Made by a program: the position numbers and the translations under genes | NCBI GenBank assembly: GCA_964016885.1 | Contig: OZ024742.1 | Location: 222,208,001-222,272,000 of the forward strand | Direction of reading: 5' to 3' | DNA length: 64,000 nucleotides | Source of the DNA: Eledone cirrhosa | Taxonomy: Eukaryota | Notes under the pieces: model-generated | Seen by the model: only the letters and a program-made list of their open reading frames with translations | Database searches by the model: none | What the model was told of the DNA's origin: nothing | Shown here: positions 12,938-25,919 of the stretch, one piece after another | Layout of the letters: each line of letters starts with the position of its first letter | Position numbering within the stretch: the first letter of the stretch is position 1

Positions 12938-13507
12938 TAATTTTTTTTTAAAGGCAACGCTTGTAATAACTCTAGTTAAACATGATATATATCAATAATA
13001 AATTATCGTTGTAATGTAATTAGATTATATCATTGTTATTTTATAAATGATCTTATAAATATTATTGTAAGAACATAAAACGAACAATAATATGGACAAA
13101 TATACAAGTAAATATGATACAACCAATATTATAAGCATGTTATAACGAACTGAAAAAAAAATAGTTAATATAAATTTAAAAAATCATATATAAATTAACA
13201 ATATAACTTACCAAAACGAGAAAAATATGTTGATGATAAAACGACGAAATACAGGAGGAAGATTCGAAAGCGAAACGATAAATAAACGTGCAAACAAAAT
13301 AGCGGATGCTTTTGAGCAACAATTACTCTCGTTGGTTGATTAGCCAATAAGACGATGAAATTAGCCAATAAGACGATACATTACAAAACATGTTTGGCAG
13401 CGATCACCACGGCCAGCGACACTCTTGAAAATTTAATTCACAAGCTACGCTTATGTCAGACACGCAGACTTAAAACATTCTGTTGTTAGTCACTGCATGT
13501 CTAACAG

Positions 13508-14125
13508 ATAATGGTTTCTTATATAGGCGCAGTGCGTGACTGGTACTTTATTTTATCGACCCCGTAAGAATGAAAAGCAAATTTAACCTCGGCGGGATTT
13601 GAACTCAGATAATAAAGGGCCGTAACTCTATGCTGCATAACATGGCGTCCAACCCTCTACTGATACTGCCAATCCACCGGCCTGTATAATATATATAATA
13701 ATAATAATAATAATAATGGCTTCTGATTTAGCCACAAAGCCAACAATTTTTTTTTTTTTTTTTTTTTGATAGGGAGAGAAAGTCGATTAAATCGACTGCA
13801 GTGCATTACCGGTACTTTATTTTATCGACCCCGTAAAGATAAAAGGCAAAGTTTACCTCGGCGGGATTTGAACTCAGACCAGAAAGGGGCGTAACTCTAT
13901 GCTGCAAAGCATGGTGTCTGACGCTCTACCGATACTGCCAATCGCCCGCCCTTATTATATATAATAAAAATAATGCTTTCTGATTTAGGCACATGACCAG
14001 CAATTTGGGGAGAGTGGAAAGTCGATTAAATCGACATCAGTACGTTACTGGTACTTTATTTTATCGACCCCCGTAAGGATGAAAGGCAAAGTTAATCTCG
14101 GCAGGATTTGAACTCAGAACGTAAA
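13508..14125 (-). mobile_element. Cluster of three Meta-like tRNA SINEs
   Basis: Repeated TACTTTATTTTATCGACCCCGTAAG...GGATTTGAACTCAG cores. Confidence 0.85.
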
Positions 14126-14949
14126 GATTAATTATAAGCCTCTGAAGTAAAGTAATAAGGTTTTCAATATTTAATAAAAATCATTTATCTATGAGCTTAT
14201 GTCGAAGTATATATATTGAAAGGCTTTCTTTTCTTACTGAACTACTCTGATCATTGCTATCAGTACAAAATATCAGCATTTGTAACTGCTTTCTTTCTTC
14301 CTTTCTTTCTTTATAATTTTCTAATTCGCAATACAATAGGTTTTATAAGTAACAATAGATTTGCTTCAAAATATAGCTCCTTTATAAATTGAACTGTTCT
14401 TGCAAACAAGAAATCGATATGTATATATTTTCTTTATAATAAACAAAATAAGATTTGCCATGTGTATTCTTACCAGAAGCTCTTTTAACACCATAACTAC
14501 CAAGAGAATAAAAATATAGAGAGAAAACAACAACAAAAAGTAGTCCAAAAAATAGAGCTGTTTGCTGACTGATGTTTTGAGATTTAAAAAAAAATAAATT
14601 GTCTACAAATAGATTTACAGATAATCTGATTCTGTAACAGACTTTTGTTGCGATACTAACATTAAAAGCATCATACCTGTACATAGAATTATGTTTGGAA
14701 TTTGAAGTGGGAATGGAGAGATCAAATTTTATGGTTAAACCACATTCTACGGAGTTGAAAGCACAATTTGTTTTGTTTTTTTCTATAATAAATAGCGAAA
14801 ATTAACTACATCATACGGGACTGGAATTCATAAGCCGATTTTTTTTTTATCTAAGAAGGAAATTATTTATGCTAGACAGTAATTTGAACTCCTCTAAATC
14901 TAATGTAAAGTCTAAATATAAATCAAATAATTTATTTACTATATATACA

Positions 14950-15505
14950 TATATAAAATTATTAAGGCCAGTTACTACAACGGTGCCATACCAGGCACAT
15001 ACGGTTCGTTAGCTCTGAGGACCAACTTTTTCAACCTGTGCTGATGAAAATGAACCGGAAAATGTTTACTCAAAAAGGAAAATACAATCAAAGAGAGAAA
15101 AGCCCAATCAAGGGCAGATAATCAGGTTGGTCTGGGGGTGGGACAATTTGAACGAAAAGACGCGATCAAACGCTTAAGTAGCTAATAATTGAGGGTGCTA
15201 GAAAAAAACCGACAAATTAAGAAAGATATAAATCAATATTAAGGAGGTTAGTTCTTTAAAAGATGCTTAAAAGGGTGAGAACATCGCGAGAAGAACTCTG
15301 TATGCGTGTTAAGTAGTTTGTTGTTATTGTGGAGATTATACAATATCCACCATTTTTTGTCATTGTATAATCTGCAGGCCTTGAGCCCATTTATATATGG
15401 TCGAGATTCTTCCAGTGTATTCCATTTAATACAGAAATCTATATTCTTGTTAATATCATCAACCCCAGCATTGGTCTGGTAATTTAGGGATTTTAAACCT
15501 AATAG
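14950..15505 (-). pseudogene. 3' end of a Penelope-like element (decayed GIY-YIG C-terminus, 3' UTR, decayed hammerhead)
   Basis: Minus-strand translation IKWNTLEESRPYK..(frameshift)..KKWWILYNLHNNNKLLNTHTEFFSRCSHPFKHLLKN* (stop 15248-15250) resembles the 'I.W.IL....Y...LN.R.E...CRH..K.LL.N' C-terminus of PLE ORFs. Eroded HHR at 14995-15041; TA tract at 14940. Confidence 0.7.
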
Positions 15506-15763
15506 AGCCTATCACTTTCCAAGTGTGAATACAATTGATTTCTTCTCAGAGAGAAAGTAAGGGGTGGGGGTGGGGTGTAGATAAAGAATCAACCCTAGTA
15601 TATAACTGGTACTTACATTATCGACTTCGAAAGAATAAAAGGCAAAGCTGAGTTGAGCAGGATTTGAACTCAGAGCGCTGGAACAAATATGCAATGTATT
15701 CTATCCAACACTGAAACAACTCTGTTAATTTGTACCTCAGATGCGAATGGAATTATTATTATT

Positions 15764-15976
15764 TGGTGGATTGGCAGTATCGGTAGAGGGTCGGACGCCA
15801 TGTTTTGCTGCATAGAGTTACGATACTTTACTGTCTGAGTTCAAATCCTACCGAGGTTAACTTTGCATTTCATCCTTATGGGGTCGATAAAATAAAGTAC
15901 CAGTCACGCACTGGGGTCAATTTAATCGACTTTCCCTCTCCCAAAATTGCTGGCCTTGTGCCTATATAAGAAACCA
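15764..15976 (+). mobile_element. Full-length Meta-like tRNA SINE
   Basis: A-box-like TGGCAGTATCGG, B box GAGTTCAAATCC, conserved core, (ATT)n tail. Similar + copies at 28360-28545, 36866-37050, 42020-42197, 54568-54745 and 56482-56655. Confidence 0.85.
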
Positions 15977-15985
15977 TTATTATTA

Positions 15986-16377
15986 TTGTTCTTTGAGTCT
16001 CAGTCATTGATGTTATTTAAGTGGAAAGTTTGTTGAAATGAATATCAAGCCGCCACCTGCAGCCTCAGATATTCAGGACATATCGGAGGGTTCTTGCTGT
16101 TCCCAGCAAGCATGCCTTTTGAAGTGTTCCAAAAAGCGGGGCGGGGCCAATTTTCTTTAACCATCCCTGGAAACTCCTTGAGATAGTACCTAGTGCGCCT
16201 ATGACAATCGGGACCACTTTGACTTCATGGCAGTTCCAAATCCTTTTTACCTCCCACTTTAAGTCCTGGTATCGATTAATTTTCTCCTTCTCCTTCTCTT
16301 GCACTCTCGTGTCGAATGGGCAGGCCACATCCACAATCAGACACAATCTTTTTTCCTTGTCCAAAACCACCAGGTCA
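15986..16377 (-). mobile_element. 5'-truncated R4/Dong-type non-LTR retrotransposon (restriction-like endonuclease C-terminus)
   Basis: DLVVLDKEKRLCLIVDVACPFD...EKINRYQDL...VVPIVIGALG...LQKACLLGTARTLRYVL* (stop 16065-16067) is the RLE tail. Flanked by (TAA)n on both sides, the known Dong target. Confidence 0.88.
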
Positions 16378-16392
16378 TTATTATTATTGTTA

Positions 16393-16483
<91 letters not shown>

Positions 16484-17772
16484 GCTGCTGCTGCTGCTGC
16501 TGCTGTTGTTGTTGCATTGTTGTTATTGTTGTTGTTGCTGCTGCTGCTGTTGTTGTATTGTTGTTATTGTTGTTGTTGTTGTTGTTGTTGCTGTTTCTGC
16601 TGTTACTGTTGCTGCTGCTGTTGTCGAACCTCATCTGATTTCAGGAACAAGTGTTGCAGTTGTTCTGGCAAGAGAACTGTCTGCTTGTTAAATTAACATG
16701 AAAGTGGCTGAGCATTCCACACAGACATGTACACTTAATGTGTTTCTTGAGGAGATTCAGTAAGGTGAAATAAAAGGCTTTGTTCAAGGACACGACATAC
16801 TGCTGGGAATTGAACTCATGACCTTACAATTGTGAGACTGCACTCTAACCACTAAGCCACTCACCTTCATGGGATTCTAATAAAAGGAAATTTTTCTAAT
16901 TCCATTTTTTTTTCCTTCAACTGATGAAAACAAGGTTCATTTATTCTTTGATGCATCAAAATATCTCCAGATCAAACAAGTAGCTGAAGAACAGCATTGC
17001 AGTTAATTATTCGTAGTGTTTATTTTTTTAGTTTTTAGTTGTGTTTTTTTCACATAACACTATTAAAGCATTTTGTTACCACAATATTAATGGAAGCAGA
17101 TGATACCAGCCAGCATTGTTTGCAGTGACTCATTACTTTATTGCTGTTCTCTGTTAAAACCCCACCCCAAAAAAACTGTGTCTGAAAATATTTATCTTCA
17201 TTTCCACTTTATTTTTCATGCATTTTTATACAGCAAATATAAAAAATTCAAGTGCCTTTTGCGATTATGAAAATGGATAAAAGAAAGGTAAAGGCAAAGA
17301 CTCAAGGGTCACATAAGAATGGGGAGGGGGAAGGGGGTGATGGCCTAGGGCGTGGCGGTATTGGGGCTGTGCCCTGTGGACAAGACCACAGGCAATGGCT
17401 AGCGACACTCGCTGCAACAGCCATCCCATCTCACAAGGCTCCTTCCTCAGATGGGTTGCAGAGTCTTTAGGATTTGGATTATCCTTTTCACTACCATACT
17501 TCTAATAAAAAGTGATGGCCTGTTATTTTTAAATACTTTTGAAAATAATCAAGAATTTGGAAAGATTTAGTGATATAACAAAGGTTCCTAAATAAAACTA
17601 TGATGGAAGATTTTAGATAAATATAAAAACTTTAACTCTTTCATTACCATATTTCTTATAAAAGATACTGCCTATGATTTTCAGATAATTTTGAACATAA
17701 TCAAGTATTGAAGAGATTTAGTAATATAACTAACTTTCTTATTATTTAACTGGTGTTTGGAATGTAACTTAA

Positions 17773-17994
17773 CCCTTTAGCACTTAAGCCGGTCATGTCT
17801 GGCCAGAATTCTCACACCTCTTTCTGTTCAAATTGGCTGTAATTAGCCACTCATACTGATGCTAAGGTATTGTTCTTAAAATAAAAAAATGTCAAAATCT
17901 CATAGCTTTGATATTATGTGAGGTAATTATTTGAGGTAAAACCTTTACCATGAAAACATAATAGTAAATACAGAGTAATGTAATTGCTAATGGG
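17773..17994. mobile_element. piggyBac-like MITE
   Basis: TTAA-CCCTTTAGCA...TGCTAATGGG termini; same family as 19308-19528. Confidence 0.7.
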
Positions 17995-18149
17995 TTATAC
18001 ATAAAATTATGATGGAATTTTTTTTTAGATAATATAAAACTTTAACATTTTTGTTACCATATTTCTAATGAAAAAGATACTGCCTCTGATTTTCAAATAA
18101 TTTAGAAAATCATCAAGAATATGGAAGGATTTAATAATATGACTAAAGG

Positions 18150-18460
18150 CATGTGGTTAGAATGTCTAGGAAAGAATTGCTGGACAGATTTAACGGGCAA
18201 AACTAGCCGGAAGGAGACCCAGGAGTAGACACCAGGGAAGATGGTTGGATAACATCCATGAGCTCACCTGGTTTCGCTTGAGGATCTAGCCAGATCAATT
18301 GGAGATGGTTGCTTCTGACAGGACCCATTGGAAAGTATGTTTGAGGAATCTGCTCCCTTCACCCTCCCAGTTATAAGTGAGAAAAGAAGAAGAAGAAGAA
18401 GAAGAAGAAGAAGAAGAAGAAGAAGAAGAAGAAGAAGAAGAAGAAGAAGAAGAAGAAGAA
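18150..18460 (+). mobile_element. Degenerate RTE-type LINE 3' end with (GAA)n tail
   Basis: GRRPRSRHQGRWLDNIHELTW...VASDRTHW-like motifs followed by a (GAA)n run. Confidence 0.6.
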
Positions 18461-18983
18461 GGTTTTTTTTAATGAATATAAAAACTTTAACTCTTTAATT
18501 ACCATATTATTTATGAAAGATACTGCCAGGGATTTTAAAATAATTTTGAAAATAATAAAGAATTTGGAGAGACCTAGTACTAAAACTAACATTAAGCTAT
18601 AATTAAGCTGGTTTGGAGGTTCTAACATAAAATTATGGTAAGTTTTTAGATAAATATAAACATATTAAAATAAACAGCTTTGTATCATAGAACCAGAAGC
18701 AGTTTCATGTGGATTGTTTTTGAGAGGGTTAAATGCCCCAGTATTTTCAATCTCTTTCTTACCCCCTCTTCCCACTCTCTCCTTTCTTTCCTTGCTCTCT
18801 CTTAATGTCTAGTCTTCCTGTAATTTTCCCCTCACCTCTCACCATTGATAGTTCTACAACCTGCATGAGAGAGTCAGTAAATGGGGGGAGGCATTTGGAT
18901 ATATAGAATATATATATATATATATATATATAATCATGAAATACAAATCAACAGATTATATTTCACTTCATTTATTCATAATT

Positions 18984-19042
18984 GCTGTTATATATATTTT
19001 GGTGATAACTATTATGCAACAGTTATGACCTCATCAGGCAGC
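18984..19042 (-). ncRNA. Decayed type I hammerhead (G12A)
   Basis: GCTGC-CTGATGA-GGTCATAACTG..TAGTTATCACC-AAA-ATATATAT-A-ACAGC. Next to a (TA)n tract and a hairpin at 19075-19225. Confidence 0.6.
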
Positions 19043-19307
19043 TAGAAGTTGAACAGAAAAAATCCCAGAAAAATATAAAGAAGAAATAAAGCTTACTTCT
19101 GTTGTTTCAATTCATTGATATGCCCTGGCTGATGTTACTGGTGCTTTCAGAAAGAAACACCAAATATCAGCCTGGGGTAGATCAATGAATCAAAACAACA
19201 GAAGTAAGCTTTATTTCTTCTTTATGTTTTTGTCTTGGCTTTCTGTTGTACCTGGAATTCAAAAGACCTGCCTGTGTTATACTGATTGTCCATGGGAACT
19301 ACATTAA

Positions 19308-19528
19308 CCCTTTAGCATTTACATTACTCTATATAAACTATTGTATTTTTGTGGTAAATGCTTTATCTTACATAATCATCTCACATAATATTGAATCTAT
19401 GAGATTTTGATGTTATTTATTTTGAGAACAATACCTTAACATCAATATGAGTGGCCAATTATGGCCGGTTTGAACTGAAAGAAGTGAGGGAATTCTGGCC
19501 AGATATGGCCGGTTTAAATGCTAAAGGG
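19308..19528. mobile_element. piggyBac-like MITE
   Basis: TTAA TSDs and CCCTTTAGCATTTA / TAAATGCTAAAGGG TIRs; another copy at 37075-37295. Confidence 0.85.
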
Positions 19529-20279
19529 TTAAGGGTATACATGTCTGTGGAATGCTCAGCCACTTGCCTATTAATTTCACAAGTAGTCTGTTCTATTGAT
19601 CTAACAACTAAAACATTCTTCATCATAGCCAATGAAGGTGGTCTAATACACACATGCCATTTCCTGCATACCAATTATAAATCTGTCATTGGACATATTT
19701 CTAACATACAAGAATATTTTGCAATTCAACAGCTAAGTTAATGTTATTTCTTAGTTTTACAGCTTAGTTCTACATGACAATATACTTATTTGATATTGCT
19801 ATGGAAATTATTTACTTTTCATCATTTTATCTCCTTCTCTCAAATAAAATGATATCACATTTGTTATGTGTTAGCTGGTGAGAGTGGATATAGTATGATC
19901 AAATTGTTATGGAGCTTGCCTCACAATAATTAGGTTCCAGGTTTGATTTTACTGTGTGGGATTTTAGCATAGCCATACGTCAACCCATGCCTTGCAAGTG
20001 AAACAGGGTAGACAGAAACAGTTTAACGCCCATTTGATGGACTGTATCTGTAATTTAAAGGTTTAGCCTTGTCATACACATTGTGTTATACTAAAACTCC
20101 CCGAGAATTACACAAGAGTACATGAGTCTGTTGGAATATGCAGCCACTTACACATTAATATCTTAAGCAAGCTGTTTCATTGATTGAACAACTTGAATAC
20201 ACATTGCAGAAAATGACAAGGGTCCATTCATATTAGCTGATGATATATTTGTTACATCTTGTGTTAGCTAGTGATATAT

Positions 20280-20339
<60 letters not shown>

Positions 20340-20384
20340 TAATAAATGAACAGAGAGGCAATACAAATGCTTGAGAGTGGGAGG

Positions 20385-21106
<722 letters not shown>

Positions 21107-21154
21107 TTGAGATGAAGGGTTTGTGGTTCTCTTGTGGTTTGTCTTGTGTATGTG

Positions 21155-21428
21155 AAGGCATATGGCTCAGTGGCTAGAGTGTTGGATTTACAATCATGGG
21201 GTTGTGAGTTTGATTCCCAGACTGTGCAGTATGTTGTGTCCTTGAGCATGACTCTTTATTTCTCATTGCTCCAGTTCACTCAGCTGTAGAAACAAGTCAC
21301 AACGTCACTAATGCCAAGCTGTATCAGCTTTTGCCTTTCCCTTGAACAATATTGGTGATGTGGAGAGGTAAGACTTGTATGCATGGGTGACTGCTGGTCT
21401 TCCACAAACAACCTTACCTAAGCTTGTA
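21155..21428 (+). mobile_element. Second tRNA-derived SINE family (CCTTGAGCA...CTCAGCTGTAGAAA core)
   Basis: A box TGGCTCAGTGG, B box GAGTTTGATTCC, central core. Related copies near 11995, 16780 (-), 52321 and 53003 (-). Confidence 0.75.
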
Positions 21429-21447
21429 TATATATATATATATATAT

Positions 21448-22800
21448 GATAAAGAACACAAGAGCGTCTACAACATCAAAAGATTTTTATTGGCTTACAA
21501 TGTTTCTTCCTTACGTAACCGTAGGATTCGTCAGAGCTATAAAAGGGGTTTGATTGGTGTTATGGACTCTACCAACCAAACATTCAAGAACAAAGAGTAA
21601 AGAGAGTAAAGAGCAAAAGTAGGGGACGATAAGTCTAATTTTGGTGCGGGAGGGTGGGGTGTGGGTCCTTGTTTACTAGCTGCGGTCATATTCATTCCCG
21701 GGAGTCGAGTGGTTAGCTGAACCATAGATGGGGTGGCGTCGATAGTAGGGTGCAGAGGGTGTGCAGAGGCTACACAAACACAAAGGGCATACAATATATA
21801 TATATATAACGGAGGAGAAAGTACATGAGGTAATTAGAAATGGAAAAAGAGTAATAATAATAATCTATAATTAACAATGTATAATAAGGCATGGGGAAGA
21901 TTACACTATAATAAGGTATAAAAGTAAGAATAAGGTAAAATATAAAGGAGGATAAAAGTGAAAATAAGAATAAAGATAAAAAATATATATAGAGAATATA
22001 TAAAGAAATATAAGCAAGTATTTGAAGGGGAAAACACAATGTAAAAAAACCGATTTTTTCAAATAAAAATATTATAATTATGGGGGGAGAAAACGGGATA
22101 GAGAAATATGATCAAATGTGATTAGTTGAGAGAATATAAGATGATAATAGTTATGTCAAGTTTATACATCTTAATAATAAATAATCTGTATATCAGAGTT
22201 ACAGAACCTTCAATTCACTTACAGGTTCAAGCCACGTGGCATAGTCCATTGTTTATCTGTGCGGTCATGTGCGTTTGTTTTTGACACCACAGCAGATGCA
22301 CAAGTTCGTAAATTCCAATGCAGATAGAAATCTATTTTTGCTCACCCAGACATTGACGGGGGATCCAATATTCCTAGTTCAATATGTGTGTGGTGTTATT
22401 TTGGTCGCACAAATCAATCACTTGGTTCAATATTATGGAGTATGGTTTTCTGGTCTTCGTAACAGTGTCAGTGGTTGTATATCTCGAAATCACAAGGATC
22501 ACAGTACTCCGGTTTGGTGTGATTATCGGTCTTCCAACTATGTTGTCGGTGGTTGGATTCAATTCTATGCCCCGAACGTAGAACTTTGGTGTCGATAGAA
22601 CATTAACTAGGCAGAGTGAGATCGCATCTGTGGTACAAAACGGTACGCAAAGAAATTCTTCGTCTTCATTTCATCCGGGTCCAGCAGTCACGTGCAAGAA
22701 CCGCTACGTAGTAATTGTGGGGTTAATCGGTCAAGATAGTAACTGACCGAAAATTCTCTTAGGAATTCAGACAGGCATGACAGGTACATTTAGGTCAGCA
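21448..22800 (-). pseudogene. 5'-truncated decayed Penelope-like element
   Basis: Minus-strand frame ends TMPRGLNL* (stop 22219-22221), matching the 'T..P.GLN' end of many PLE ORFs. It is followed by a 3' UTR with a hammerhead and then (TA)n. Confidence 0.55.
21493..21537 (-). ncRNA. Minimal type I hammerhead ribozyme
   Basis: GCT-CTGACGA-ATCCTACG(GTTA)CGTAAGGAA-GAA-ACATTGT-A-AGC; GUA site; short stem I. Confidence 0.75.
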
Positions 22801-23687
22801 GTTTCTTTATGTGTACGTGTGTCCGATACACACAGACACATATTTATATGTATTTCAACTCAAAAAATTCAATTGATATATATATATATATATATATATA
22901 GTAATAATAATAAATTTGAAGACTAAAATCCAAAGAGGGCTCGATAAGGATAAATATATATATCAAATATATAAGAACAGTAGAGCAAATATATGTACAT
23001 ATTTGGATGCGTGTATGTATTTATTTAATATCAATTACCTCTGTATTGTATTTTATTTACTTTATTCTTAACTCTGAAGCGGAGAATCATTCGGTTTCCT
23101 AGTTAGAATTTTAGTCTACGACTTCAGTTATACCATTTGTGTGGTTTTGTCTTTGCATGCAATTGTTCTCTACGCTCCACATTTGACGTATTATCTTCGT
23201 TTTTTCCGTTCATTGCCAGAGAACGTCTCTATGAACCACCTAAGAGAACATTAGTCTACGACTTCTTTTATACCATAAACGTGGTTCTGTCTTTGCGTGT
23301 AATTGTTTTTCACCGCTCCTATTAATGACGTATTATATTCGTTTTTCCCGTTCTTTGCCAGGGAACGTTTCCACGAACCAAAGTATCGTCTTCCTGTCTT
23401 CCTCCGGTTGCAACGTTTTTTGAAATATCCACTTCTGCGTTCACAGATTGACTTTGTTAGTTTCAGAAGATCCTGTTAAAGGTGAAAGCAGCGATTCTTT
23501 GCTTAAATTTTAATCTGTTATTTTAATAAATATATATATATATATTGTTATACTTTGGGAGGGTCATGTTGCCAATAAGAAACACACGCACCAGTTGCTT
23601 TCACTTCAATTTATTATAATAAATTTATAAATTTATAAATTTCTGGTTGGTTGGTTGGTTCCACAACCAGATAGTTGTTTATATATT

Positions 23688-23730
23688 GTCATAGTTCTTT
23701 CGTCACACACTCTGTGACCTCTTCAGTGAC
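23688..23730 (-). ncRNA. Minimal type I hammerhead ribozyme (inverted copy)
   Basis: Reverse complement of 24039-24081. Confidence 0.8.
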
Positions 23731-24038
23731 TGGGGATTCTTTTCTTTGTTTTTTGTGCCTCTCCTTTGTTCTGTCCTACGCCATTTTGTTTCTGTGTGTG
23801 TGTTGTGTGCTCAGCAACATCACAACTTACAATTAAGGACAAAATGAAAACACACACACACATAGAACAAACAACCAACCAGTAACATGTAAATAAACAA
23901 ATAAATAAATGAACATAAACACACACAGACACCCGGATGTGGCGCATGCGCAGACTGAGCACACAACACACACACAGAAACAAAATGGCGTAGGACAGAA
24001 CAAAGGAGAGGCACAAAAAACAAAGAAAAGAATCCCCA

Positions 24039-24081
24039 GTCACTGAAGAGGTCACAGAGTGTGTGACGAAAGAACTATGAC
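24039..24081 (+). ncRNA. Minimal type I hammerhead ribozyme
   Basis: GTCA-CTGAAGA-G-GTCACA(GAGTG)TGTGAC-GAA-AGAACT-A-TGAC; CUA site at 24075-24077. Confidence 0.8.
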
Positions 24082-24277
24082 AATATATAAACAACTATCT
24101 GGTTGTGGAACCAACCAACCAGAAATTTATAAATTTATAAATTTAATATAATAAATTGAAGTGAAAGTAACTGGTGCGTGTGTTTCTTATTGGCAACATG
24201 ACCCTCCCAAAGTATAACAATATCGGTTTCAACACACGATTTCAGATAAAGAATCTTGCTAAACAAATTCAGAAACG

Positions 24278-24395
<118 letters not shown>

Positions 24396-25049
24396 TTCCT
24401 ACTAGCAAGAGTTGGATGGGCCTTCACAGGAGTCAGTACTCAAGCAGAGTCACTGACCTCTCAGGTGGATCAGGGGCCTGTATCTTGATAGCATACAATC
24501 CCATGCTGAACCAAGTGCATTTTATTGTGGCACCAGCACTGGGGAGGTTGTTATGTCTTTGACACCTCTGAAAAATCCTTCTGCCCCTTTGTTTGGTAGG
24601 TTTTTCTACAGATCCAACCCTTCCTATCACCAACCACTTTATAAAGTGTGCTGGGTGTGTTTATATATCAATGTTGTGTGTTAGCTGATGATATATATAT
24701 ATGTATATTATCCTAAACCTCTATAGGATATTTGCATCATTATTTTATAAGATTCTTTGTATGGCTATCATGAAACATTTTCTTTAAGAAGTTTAATTGA
24801 ATATTTAGTTATATAGATGTGTGATTAATTGGATGATTGGGATAGAATAGAGCAGAATGGATGGGCCTCCATCAGTTTCGATGGTGACATATTCCTTGTT
24901 GGCTCATGAAATTAATGTGTGACTGAGCATTCCACAAACACATGTACATAATTCTCAGGGATATTCAGCATAAGAGAGCTATCCATACTGTTAACCACAC
25001 AACAAATCACCTACCTACCCTGTTGACTACACACTCATACAACAACCTA

Positions 25050-25835
25050 CCCAGTTAAACACATATCTATATAACTACCTGCCCCATTAACCACACATCT
25101 ATATAACTACCTGCCCCATTTACCACACATCTATATAACTACCTGCCCCATTAACCACACATCTATATAACTACCTACCCCATTAACCACACATCTATAT
25201 AACTACCTGCCCCATTAACCACACATCTATATAACTACCTGCCCCATTAACCACACATCTATATAACTACCTGCCCCATTAACCACACATCTATATAACT
25301 ACCTGCCCCATTAACCACACATCTATATAACTACCTGCCCCATTAACCACACATCTATATAACTACCTGCTCCATTAACCACACATCTATATAACTACCT
25401 ACCCCATTTACCACACATCTATATAACTACCTGCCCCATTAACCACACATCTATATAACTACCTGCCCCATTAACCACACATCTATATAACTACCTGCCC
25501 CATTAACCACACATCTATATAACTACCTGCCCCATTAACCACACATCTATATAACTACCTGCCCCATTAACCACACACATCTATATAACTACCTGCTCCA
25601 TTAACCACACATCTATATAACTACCTGCCCTATTAACCGCACACCTATACAACTACCTATCTTATTAACCACAAACAGTTAACCACATCCCTATACAACT
25701 AACCACTCTCTTAACCATATACTTATACAACTAGCCACTCTGTTATTCACAACCCTATACAATTAGCTACCCTGTTAACTACACACCTATACAATTATCT
25801 ACCCTATTAACCACACCCTATACAACTAGCTACAC
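25050..25835 (+). repeat. 32-bp minisatellite
   Basis: Tandem ATAACTACCTGCCCCATTAACCACACATCTAT, degenerating at the edges. Confidence 0.95.
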
Positions 25836-25919
25836 TCTTTAAAAAATGAACCTCTGTTAGTTTCTACTAAGAGAGTCCTAGTTGTGAGATCAATGAAATA
25901 ACCTGCCTGTGAAATTAAA

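Noticed and set aside
15764-15860. tRNA genes
   Set aside because: The A/B boxes belong to SINE heads; there is no complete cloverleaf.
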